Shown piece by piece: positions 53,322-64,000 of a stretch of DNA of 64,000 bases (its first letter is position 1; each line of letters begins with the position of its first letter). The position numbers and the translations under genes were made by a program. The notes below the pieces were generated by a model. The model worked only from the letters and a program-made list of their open reading frames with translations, was not told the origin of the DNA and searched no databases. The DNA comes from Vermamoeba vermiformis (lineage: Eukaryota): NCBI GenBank assembly GCA_045837725.1, contig JBEWZL010000084.1, positions 62,001 to 126,000 of the forward strand. The letters run 5' to 3'.

Positions 53322-54973
53322 ATGAGTTATCCTCCTCAACAACCCGGCGGCTATCCTCCCCAACAAGGAGGTTATCCTCCACAAGGTGGACCAGCAAAGG
53401 GTAAGCGATTTTAGGCCGAAATAAAATTAAATATAATTTATGGCGCTAGATTACACGAGGACAAATCGAATTTACGGCATCTGACGTCAATAATTAATAA
53501 AAAATTAATAATTTTCAAAGGCGGCTATCCTCCTCAAAGCGGTGCACCCGGTGGTTACCCTCCTCAAGGTGGTTATCCTCCACAACAACCTGGCGGCTAT
53601 CCACCACAGCAAGGTGGCTATCCTCCGCAAGGTAAGTGCGATCACACCGCAGGAATTCCACTTTACTAAATATTTACGAAATTGCGTCATTTCCTTGTGA
53701 GCTATTTAGACAGCATTAATTTAATAATGGCGCATAATTTCTAAATTTCGTTGCTGACAACTATGCTAGGCGGTTTCCCACCACAACAAGGCGGCTATCC
53801 TCCTCAGGGCGGTGCTCCCGGAGCTTATCCTCCACAACAGGGCGGCGCACCTGGTGCCTACCCTCCTCAAGGTGGTGCTCCTGGTGGTTATCCTCCTCAA
53901 CAGAGCGGTGGTTACCCTCCTCAACAAGGCGGCTATCCTGCTCAAGGCGGTGCTCCCGGTGCTTACCCTCCACAACAGGGCGGCTACCCACCACAAGGAG
54001 GTGCCCCTGGCGCTTACCCTCCTCAAGGCGGCGCTCCTGGCGGCTATCCCCCTCAACAGGGCGGTTACCCTCCTCAACAAGGTGGTTATCCTCCTCAAGG
54101 CGGTGCTCCTGGCGCTCAAAGTTGGGTGCGTGATCCGATCGATACTAACGACGTGAGAGCTTCGTGATATTAATCGCTTGTACAGGCTACTAACCACTAC
54201 TACGGTCAAATGCAAAACCCGCAAATCAACGAATTGCAAGTCAAGTTTAATTCCTTGGATCGCGGTACGTGTATCACCCATGATTCGAAGTTGCACTAAC
54301 ACTACTAACGCTATTATGCAGATCGCAGTGGCCGCTTGAGCAGCCGTGAGCTCACCAGCATTTCTTTTGGCACTCACCGCTTCACTCTTGACACTGCTAA
54401 TATTTTACTTCGTGCTTTTGACACTGATTATTCTGGCCAGATTGGTAAGTAAATGGGTCCTATCACTCTTATTCGTTTCTAACTGTATCTCCTCTCCTAG
54501 AATTCCAAGAGTTCGCCGCTATGAACCAATTCGTTAACAAGATGAGCACTCAATTTATGGCTCACGATCGAGATCGCAGTGGAAAGTTGGACGTCAATGA
54601 GACTGCTGCTGTCTTGACTGCTGAAGGCTTGCAAATGCCTTCTCAAACAATCGAGAAGATTATTCGCAAATACGACCGCTCATGGAAGTAAGTACTTTAC
54701 GTTCATTTCAGCACATCCAGACTGTTTCTCGTTCAGCCGTTGGCCCGCGAGCACATTTTTATTTAAATCTATGTATACTAGAACAATTATTCTTACATTT
54801 TACTGACAAGTCGCAATCTCCCAAGCCGTGGCGGTTTAACTTTCGAGGCGTTCATCAAGGTCGCTGCCCATTTGCTCCACTTGAAGGCTGTCTTCCAACG
54901 TAGCGATCCTAGCAACACCGGTCGTATCACCATCACTCTTCAACAGTTGGTTGATATGACTGTCGAAGTCTAA
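53322..54973 (+). CDS. Penta-EF-hand protein with long Gly/Tyr/Pro/Gln N-terminus (peflin/ALG-2-like)
   Basis: GGYPPQQ repeats followed by EF loops [36 protein letters not shown] and DPSNTGRI. Confidence 0.88.
53325..54115 (+). repeat. Coding tandem repeat (GGYPPQQ / [10 protein letters not shown])
   Basis: Repeated ggc(t)tatcctcctcaa units across three exons. Confidence 0.9.
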
Positions 54974-55237
54974 GGCTGGACTAATTATAGCACAACCTGC
55001 CGAAAGGCTAGTTTGAAAAGTGTAAAAATATCTAACTGAATTAAATATCCTTCAAAACAGCCCCGAGAGTCACCAATTGAAGATTCAACAGTTCGCTGGG
55101 CCGCCGTGTACCTAGTAAGTAACCCCGAAAAAATACATTTTTTGCGGAGTTTGTAGCTCGCCACAATCTCGCACAAATTTTCATTCCAAACAAACCTCAC
55201 TAACCTAACAACACTACTCTTTCACTCAACACTTAAA

Positions 55238-56268
55238 ATGTCGTGGATGGACTTCAAGATGGCCAGTGCCAAGAGTACGTACTGAACCGAATCTAAAAAC
55301 AACTCCGAAGCGAGTCTTTTATTTTTAATTAATGTTAAATTAATAGCTAACGCTATTTCGTATCGTCCAATGAAGAGTATATAATTAACTTTGTTTTATA
55401 GAGGCACAAAAGATTGCCGAAGACTCCAAGAGAGTCCAAGTCGGCAAAGCCCAAAAGGGTACTGAAGCCAAGGCTACCTCCGTTGCCGATGACTTCCACA
55501 CCAAGCAAGCTTTGGGTAAGCTATATTGCAATTATAAATCCATTATTGGTTAATTATCGGTACACATCTTGCGGATTTTTCAATATTTTTATCGTGCACA
55601 ACGATCGTTAGCCTACATCAATTATATTAGTGTTACGTATAGTATAACCCGCGATTAATAGCTCTTTTAACATTCAGAGGCTCAAAAGAAGAACTCTTAC
55701 TCCAAGAGCAACCAATTGGCTCAACAAAAGGGTACTGGTGAGAAGGTTACCTCCGTCGCTGACGACTTCCACACCAAGCATGCTATTGGTACGTAGTGGC
55801 TATTTTTCTAATTTTTTATCAAATAATTGTACCAAATTTCTTGCTCACATCCGTATTTTTCAGATGCCCAAAAGAAGAACTCTTACTCCAAGAGCAACCA
55901 GTTGTCGCAACAAAAGGGTACTGGAGACAACTTGGCTCAACCCAAGGACATTGGCAAGTTCATTTCTCCCTCATCCACTCCTCGCAGCGGTGGCTACGAC
56001 TCTGCTCCTCAACACAACTACGAGTCCCACCATGAAGAGCCCGCTCAAGAGCAACACTACGAGCAAAGCCACGAGCAACACTACGAGGAGCAACCCGCTC
56101 AAGAGTACAGTAAGTTACACGCTACGACAGCCTTTACTTGATGGAAGATCGATAGCTAACGGTCTTTTAATAACAGCCGAGGAGTACCAAGAGGAGTACC
56201 AACAAGAGTACACCGAAGAGTACACCGAGGAGTACCAAGGTGGTGAATACTCCGAAGAGTACCAGTAA
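55238..56268 (+). CDS. Small protein with 37-aa nebulin-like repeats and an acidic Tyr-rich tail
   Basis: Repeats AQKKNSYSKSNQLAQQKGTGEKVTSVADDFHTKHAID, roughly one per exon; strong codon bias; tail EEYQEEYQQEYTEEY. Confidence 0.7.
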
Positions 56269-56435
56269 ACGATCCGTCACTACTTGGTGCACTTCAGCAG
56301 TCTATGCTTGTACCAATAACATTGGCTATCCGTACTCACGGACATAAATAAAGTCTATTAAGAACATCCGTCCTCTTCTTCAGGTTGAAAACGCAGTGCT
56401 TTTCCAATTTTGTCAGTTTTGTTTTTTTTTTCCAG

Positions 56436-57798
56436 ATGAAGGCAACGGATGTGCCAGAAATCCAAGAATCTGGTCAGCGAATCGCTGTTACTTGGCAAAA
56501 TGTTGTCAAGCTCCTCGCGATATTAGTGTTCCTTGGTGCCTCTTTGGGCTTGTTTTTCTGGCTGATAAAGAGTGGCAAGCTACAGATATTTTTACACTGG
56601 CTAAAAGATGTCGGATTTTGGGGCAACTTAATATTAATAGCGATATTGATTCCACTTTGTTTTCCGGCAACTTTCGGTAAGATGCTCAAAATTTCAAATA
56701 ATATTAATTAAATTATTAAATCTGATTAATCAACACTATCATTATATAATGTATGTAATAATCTCGTAAAATTAATCACTTATGAATTTAAGATTGCTCG
56801 ATCGAGCTCGTAATATTAAATTTTCCTTTTAGGCTACGTGATTATTTGCATGTCATGCGGATTTTTGTATGGAATATTGCTGGGGTGGCTCACGAGTAAG
56901 AACTGACTTATAGGCATTTTATTCATTGAATTCCAAGCCAATTTTCATATTCAATAATTTACTAAAAATCTTCCAGTTACAATCGGTACGACACTCGGAA
57001 CAGTATTAGCATTCGTCGTATTTAGAAAAGGCCTCAAAGCGCGTGTACAAAGCTACGTTGATTCCACTCAGTAAGTTTCATCTGCTTTACCGTAATTACG
57101 CGTAACGGTCGGAAAAATAACTGTGAATTTAACTAGCAAACTGAAAGTCTTGCTGCGTGCACTAGAGCATCACCAAGTTAAGTTTGGTATTATGCTGCGA
57201 TATACACCTTTGCCTGTAGGCATTCAAACGGCAATTTTCGCGGTAAGTCCCTTTTCACTAAACAAATAAATCAAGGACGCGTCTTTAATATCGTTATTTA
57301 GCTGTCGCACATGCCCTTCTGGAAGTTCTTCGTCATATCATTTATCGCATTATTACCCGAGGAATTTATGTGGGCTTTTGCAGGACAAAAGGCATCTGAC
57401 CTGTCCGCGATTATTAGAGGTACGTGTCGTAGCCATACTCACCAAATATGACATAATAATGGTATATTAACGCATTGTATCGGTTAGGCGATGAAAATCT
57501 TGGTCCATTGGGAATTGTCGTTTTTGTTGGTGAGATCTGTATTTTGGCTGCAATTATTACGACCGTTATTATTGTCGGTCGAAAAGCCTTGCGTGAGGCA
57601 GAAGAAGAAGCGGCGCAAGAAGATCGCGAGAGCGGTGTCATCGATAATGCTGCTGAGAACAATGTGCCTGTGGACTTTGGCATCGTGATCACCGAGGAGC
57701 CTGCGGACATTGACGCGAAGAGTGTTGAACTAGAGGAGACCAATAGCAGTCAATATTCAGAGCCTACCGAGAGGAGTAAGTATAAGCATACGATATAG
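56436..57798 (+). CDS. TVP38/TMEM64 (VTT/DedA family) membrane protein; 3' end uncertain
   Basis: CGFLYGILLGW, GTTLGTVLAF and MLRYTPLPVG motifs with multiple TM helices. Confidence 0.8.
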
Positions 57799-58059
57799 TA
57801 TTGGTGCTATATGTATCTATATGGCAAGTGAGCGAAGTGAATGGATCTAACCAGGATTTTATAGGCGAGCTCGTTCACTCTCAAGAGAAAAAACTGTAGA
57901 AAGAATCCTTATTTATTGAAGACTGTTAATACTGTAAATAACTGGAACTAAAATCCGCTTTTCACTGTGTGTAACGATCGGCCGACTGTTTTGATCTTTT
58001 TGTCAAGTTGTTTCTGTAGCTCTTGTTGCACCAAAACAACACAAATTAAATAATAGTAA

Positions 58060-60716
58060 ATGAGCAAGGATATTGAAGCTACGACAGAGAAGATCCGCGA
58101 GCTTGAAGCCGGGATCAAGCAAAGCGTCGATAATGTCAATAATATTGTTAGTTTATTAAAATATTGTCAGGTATGTGGATTATAATTAATTATAAAATAT
58201 TCGATTCTAACCTCAGGCATTTTTACAGGCAGATGAAGATCCGATCAAGTTCTACGCCATGAAGGCTTTGCACAGAGCGTTTGTAAAATTAGAAGACGAT
58301 GGAAAGTTTGATTACAAAAAGGGAGTTATCTCAAAAAAGAAGAGGAAGACAGAGTTGAGCGCAACTGAAGAAGTCAAATCTTGGATTCGACAAAAATTTG
58401 TTGATTATATTGATGTATTAATCAAATTCTTACACAATGCCGAGCCTGGTATTCAAGTGAGTGGAATATTATATTATTTTAATTTATTTAATTTTTTCGA
58501 TCGTGATCCAGAATCCGATCTAACGTTATTTCAGATCCCAGCCTTGAATATTTTAATGGACTTCGAAAAACAAATTTCAGAAGATAAGGAAGATAACACA
58601 AAGCAAGCTTTCCAAAATTTCTTGTTCCCTCGCGTCGTGGCCAATCTGATCATGAACACGAATCTGAACGCCAAGTTCCTTGAAGAATTCAAAGACAAAT
58701 TTTTAATTTATGACGATATTCGATTCCACTTTTTAAACAACTCTGCGTAAGTAACAATTCAAAGCGTGACACGCGATCTCAAACTAACTTCGTGCAGTAA
58801 ATTCATGGCTAACAAGGCTAATGCTAAGGGCAATTTCGAAGTGGAGAACGAATTATCAGTAAGTTAGCCGGTAATTAATCTTCGTATTCAATCGTCTAAT
58901 TGTTATTTAGAACTCAAAGCAACAAATGGACTCCATTACCAACGAGCTCATGGTGAACAATGCCTTCGATTTGTTATCGAGTGTTACAATGCCCAAGAAC
59001 CAAAAAGAAATCAAGCACTTCTTTGTGCCTCTTCCTGGTACGTGACTACAATTATTCCGGATGTGCTTCAGCAGTTAGTCCTATCGAGTAATCAGTTCCT
59101 AATGCGTTGTAGGTGTTAACTTTGAAGATGAAATGGAGAAGGATGGTGACGACGACGATGACTTGGATGAGTTTGATCTTGACGGCATTGATCTCTCTGA
59201 CGATGACACTAAACCAAGCAACAACAAGGCTAACGGCGCTAGCAATGGCAATAGCAAGAAGCGAAAGCGCGAAGAGAAAGAAAAAGAGAAAGCTGAAGAA
59301 AAAGAATTGGTGAATAAGAAGATCCAACCCTTGAAGTTCCATCGCCGAGCTTTCACTAGCTGCTGGCTCACATTTTTGCGCTTGAACTTGCCTGCAAAGA
59401 TCTACAAACAAGTACTGTTCATTTTGCACGAGCGCGTTATTCCTCACTTGACCAAGCCTGAAGTGTTAATGGACTTCTTGAAAGGTACCCGATCTAGACT
59501 CTCAGTATCATCTTCGTGGTATTAACTTAATATATTTAGCGTCATATGACGTCGGAGGCGCCGTCAGCTTGCTAGCTTTGAACAGTTTGTTCATTTTGAT
59601 CGCTAAGCACGGATTGTAAGTTCGAGCCAATTGGGCATAAATCGATTGAATATCGAATAACCGCTGTTATTATAGGGAGTACCCTGACTTCTTTAAGAAG
59701 TTATATTCTTTGTTCAACACTCAAAATATGACTACAAAGTACCGCGCTCGCTTCTTGACCCTCGCACAATCATTTTTGAACTCACCGTAAGTTTCGGATC
59801 CGTCACTTACAAAAGCTAATGTGACGTTATATTGCAACAACGACTGATAGTTTTTTACACACAGGCAACTCCCCACGACTCTGATCTGCTCGTTCATTAA
59901 GCGCATGGGTCGCTTGTCACTGGTGTGCCCCGCATCCGTTAACTTGTCGTTGCTGGCAATCACTTACAACTTGTTTGTTAAACACCCTGCAACCCAGGTG
60001 CTCATCCACCGCTCAAACGAAGGCAAAGGCAAGAACAAGAAGGCCGGCACCGAACCAATCTTCGCTGGTGGTTTGTTGTTAGGGGATGTGGCTTCGCAAG
60101 TCAAAGTGGATCCTTTTAATGACCTTGAAGAGGACCCTTTGAAGACTAACGCTATTAACAGTTCATTATGGGAAATCCAGGTATGTTACTCAGCTCTACA
60201 GTGAATGAGTGGTCGCGTGATCCCGATCTAAATCCGCTACGCTCTTGCTTGACTATCATCTAATACCATTACTATAGGCCCTTATGAACCATTATATTCC
60301 GAACGTTGCTTCATTGGCTCGTGTTTTCCAAACCAAGTTCACCAAACTTCGCTACGATGTTGAAGAGTTTGCTGCAGTCTCTTACCAAACTGTAAGTTAA
60401 TTAGCATAACTTATTCAATATTCATATGCTTTATATATATATCTATATCTAAGAAATATCCTACTGGCCGGCGAATTCGCGCGTTACACTAAAGAAATGC
60501 AGCTCTTTACTAACCGGGTTCGTTTATCAGTTGTTTGAATCAGAAATTAAGAAGAAGGTTAAGAAGGGTGTTCCATTAGCATATCAATTGCCTCGTACTT
60601 TGTTCAACAACGAGGACTTCACTTTTGAAGGCTGGAACATGTACAGCGAACAAGATGCGATCGAGCAAAAAGCTCTCAAGGAACAGAGACGAAAGGAAGA
60701 GCAAGAGCGAAGATAA
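58060..60716 (+). CDS. NOC4: Nucleolar complex protein 4 (CBF/Mak21 domain)
   Basis: YDDIRFH, AFTSCWL, LMDFL..SYDVGGAVSLLALNSLF, YPDFFKKLY, DPLKTNAINSSLWEI. Confidence 0.92.
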
Positions 60717-60874
60717 AATAGTAAATAAATCAATAAAATACAGTTTTAAGCCAGATCTGTGTCCCGCTAACGCCGCAAAACCAAAAAATTCATGACAAAT
60801 TTATGCCAGTTTTCCTTGGGCTGACCGGACAAATTATTTATCTTTTTATTTATTAAGTATTCACTACAGTAGAA

Positions 60875-62802
60875 ATGAGCTCATTTGGAGGCTCTGGGCC
60901 GAAGGTCGGCAAAGGCAAGTTCGATCGACGTCACATCCTCGTGAAACTTGATTAGATTTCTAAATTTAAAGTTAATATCGTAACTAATTTAATATTGCAG
61001 TCGATCAATTCGTTCTTGGCGGTCTTTCAGCTATGTTGGCGAGCTGTTTCACTCATCCAATTGATCTAATTAAAGTACGCATGCAATTGGCTGGAGAATT
61101 ATCTTCTGGAGGTGCTAGAACGGGTGCCATACGCACTATGATTGATGTATCGAAGAAAGACGGTATTTCTGGCTTGTATAAGGCAAGTTATCAATTTCAA
61201 AAAATATCCAAATAATTATTGAATTATTACCACTTAAATTTTATGAATACCGTAACATTAATATATGATACCGTAGCAACCAAAGAATTATTTTTTATTG
61301 TTGGAAGAATATTTAAAAAATATTTCGAATTTAAAAATCGCGTCGCGACGGAACTAACGGTTATGAATGTAGCTGTTATTCCTATACAATTAATATGTAA
61401 TATATCAATTTGGTTTACTATATTTTACCTTTTCAAGGTCGCAAAGTCCGTGTGAACTCGAATTTAAAAACAAAATACTGTGTGAATTCTAACGGTCACG
61501 CAACATATGTGGCGATACAAGCTTAACACGTATATTAATATTCGCTGTATTATAGGGCCTCTCAGCTTCATTATTACGCCAAGCTACTTACTCTTCAACG
61601 CGATTGGGTGCGTACGGACCTATCAAAGACATGTTGACACCGAAAGACAAGCCTAATGCACCCCTCTCATTGCCCAGAAAAGTACGTACTATCATATGAT
61701 ATATCAAACCCTATAATTAGAAGTATAAGAGAATATTCGACTAGCCTACGTAATATTTGACGTCCAGTCAATGCCTGCAGCTTTTTTTCGTTTCCTTATA
61801 TAGATCATTGGCCATCGTTTATTAAATTTACAGTCCACTCAGCGATGTAAATATATAGTGTATTAACGATGTCCTATTGTAGCTACTTGCTGGCATGTTA
61901 GCGGGTGGATGTGGAGCGCTCGTTGGAAGTCCGGCAGATTTGGTCATGGTGCGCATGCAAGCTGACGGAAGGTACGCTATTGCTTACTATAGCTATATAT
62001 ATGAACTCTAAGTCTTACTAATGTTGTGTTGTTAGATTGCCCCCTGAGCAACGAAGAAATTACGCAAATGTGTTTTCAGGCTTAGTACGCATTACGAAAG
62101 AAGAAAATGTCTTGGCTTTGTGGCGAGGCAGTGGTCCTAATATATTCAGGTACGCGATGAACGGTACTAGTAATAACTCGCCTTAAGAGTACCAGATCTG
62201 TTAATTTTCTTCATGATCCGATAACGTTTTAAAAATTAGAATAATTTCTTAGTATTAAAATAAATTAATATTTAGTTGTACATATAGCACTAATAATACG
62301 TATTTAGAGCCATGTTGATGTCAGCAGCGCAACTGAGTTCGTACGACCAAATGAAGCAGGTCATGTTGAAGACAAAGTACTTTAAGGACGACTTATTTAC
62401 GCACTTCATCGCTTCATTTATGGCCGGATTTATTGCTACTGTTGTTACGAGCCCTATTGACGTGGCTAAGACGAGAATTATGAATCAGAAGCCAGATCCC
62501 GTTACTGGACAGTTGCAGTACAAGGGCGTCGCTGATTGTTTAGTAAGAACGATGAAGTCTGAAGGAGTAGTTGGTCTATACAAGGTAAATTCAATTCCGT
62601 AAAAATGTACTGGCAGATCAAATCTAACAAAAAAGTAAAATTTCGTCGCGTCAAAGATCGATGTTAATATTATTTATTGTAGGGCTTTGTACCGAATTTC
62701 ATGCGTCTAGGTCCACAAACAGTGCTTATGTTCGTGTTTTTGGAACAACTTACTCGAGGTTGGGCTTCGATTAGAAAAAGCATAGGTATGGAAGTAAAGT
62801 AA
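60875..62802 (+). CDS. Mitochondrial carrier (dicarboxylate / 2-oxoglutarate-malate subfamily)
   Basis: Three Px[DE]xx[KR]-type signatures: HPIDLIKVRMQ, SPADLVMVRMQADG and SPIDVAKTRIM; also GLSASLLRQATYS. Confidence 0.92.
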
Positions 62803-62985
62803 AGAAAAAAGAAATAGTTATAAACACTCATGTAAATCATATGCATAATAAATTAATGTACTTCTTTTCATTATCCAATAAACAACCGACATAAAGTTTA
62901 TTGTACGAGATCGATGCATTTTCATCCGTACGATGAGACGAGCTTGAATAATGATGCAACAACTATTTTTTTATTGCTAACTTGA

Positions 62986-63120
62986 TCAAAAAACTGAATC
63001 AGATGCTACACAACGAACTTCCTTTGTGGTGAAGATAGTAGTGCGAGGAGGATCGTAAGCGTTCTTCTCGTCGGAAGGAGGCTTGACGTTGTCGGTGTAT
63101 TGATCGATGTTGAATTCCAT
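62986..63120 (-). CDS. Candidate 44-aa microprotein
   Basis: MEFNIDQYTDNVKPPSDEKNAYDPPRTTIFTTKEVRCVASDSVF*; ACAACAATG start context and C-ending codon bias. Confidence 0.4.
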   Translation of the reverse strand: MEFNIDQYTDNVKPPSDEKNAYDPPRTTIFTTKEVRCVASDSVF

Positions 63121-63467
63121 TGTTGTGTAGTGAAGAGTGGAGTACTTGAAATGATTAACAACAGCTTTGAGATGCCGGCATTACCTACGTTAACGACTAC
63201 CTACCACGTAGGTATTCTGGCTTATTGCACAGCAAACTCGCATTCTAGATTTCATTCGTTATTGCAATATCCTGTCTCATAATGCAGTAATACTACAAGG
63301 CGATGAAGGTCGATTTGAAGATGGTATTCGAAACTATCCAGCCACAACATCGCTTCCATGTTCGAAATTTCCAAGGTTACGTACTTTTGGCTGAACCGCG
63401 TGGAGGCGAGTGTTGTGAATTTTGTATTTATTTTTTGTTCTCTGCAACAGCCCTATTCTTGTTATTA

Positions 63468-64000
63468 TTACTTATGTTTGCGTCGTTTCGGGTTCTTTGT
63501 GTTGACCAGATCGTGCTGAGCAGTGTGAGACTTGTCCATTGTTGCTAAGAACTCAGGGTTCTTCGTATAGTATTTGCCAGACATGCCTAAGATAATAAAT
63601 AACATTAGAACAGCAGATAAGGCAAAAAAGCACATCCGTACAAAAAAAAATGGATGTAGTCTCGGGTATTGATGATTTCATTATATTCAATAGTAGCGAA
63701 TAATACACATAATCCTCATCGACTAACAACTAGTAATATGCATTCCATAAAAGGAAATAAAAGATTTCATATGATGGTACTTCCGCCAATTATTTTCTCG
63801 TAGCGCAGTCAGGCGTCAAAATAATATTATGGGACCAAAATGCCGGTCTTATACTCGATATAATAATACTTACCGATAGGCATGAGCGGTTTTTTCATTA
63901 ATTCTTGCAGTTCTAATTTCATTTTGAAAATTTCAGCTTCGTCTCTGGCAGCAGCCTTTTGTGACACAAAATCATCTTCATCTTCATCGGAGAAGCTAAT
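63468..64000 (-). CDS. 3' end of a probable DEAD-box helicase DDX24/Mak5
   Basis: KLELQELMKKPLMPIGMSGKYYT resembles the Mak5/DDX24 C-terminal motif; the helicase core is outside the window. Confidence 0.55.

Noticed and set aside
53325-54115. Regular repeats considered as a CRISPR array or satellite
   Set aside because: They are in-frame coding GYPPQ repeats with no unique spacers.
53766-54377. Long antisense or alternate-frame ORFs here and over TOR, G8 and the SDR gene
   Set aside because: Shadow ORFs produced by codon bias and repeats in the real genes.
62880-63010. Apparent C-S-I-TGA (CxxU) motif with a downstream SECIS
   Set aside because: It is out of frame with the small ORF, and the downstream ATGA lacks a proper SECIS helix.

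Overview
Gene-dense, intron-rich eukaryotic DNA with short GT-AG introns and the standard genetic code. The gene content (Clu-domain protein, SDR+SCP2 enzyme, G8-domain protein, HRDLAARN kinase) suggests an amoebozoan or similar protist; this is inference. Housekeeping genes recognised: 1-Cys peroxiredoxin, peroxisomal SDR-SCP2, GDP-fucose transporter, RhoGAP, TOR, SPX-EXS phosphate exporter, ERCC6L2-like SNF2 ATPase, PP2A B55, a penta-EF-hand protein, a TVP38/TMEM64 protein, NOC4, a mitochondrial carrier and the 3' end of a probable DDX24. An accessory-looking zone at about 26-46 kb holds three F-box/LRR genes, a decayed GPI-protein fragment, and a trypsin-like protease pseudogene paired with a pseudoprotease. 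Best lead: two F-box-LRR genes carry C-terminal domains apparently copied from the translation machinery (a RACK1-derived WD40 propeller and PABP-type MLLE domains), resembling integrated-decoy ubiquitin-ligase adaptors. Other leads: a TOR whose FRB domain predicts rapamycin resistance, a Cys-rich ectodomain-7TM-tyrosine-kinase-like receptor with a frame break at an A7 run, and a strongly CpG-depleted pseudogene island. All exon boundaries, alignments and counts were done by eye from remembered family motifs; no database searches were run.
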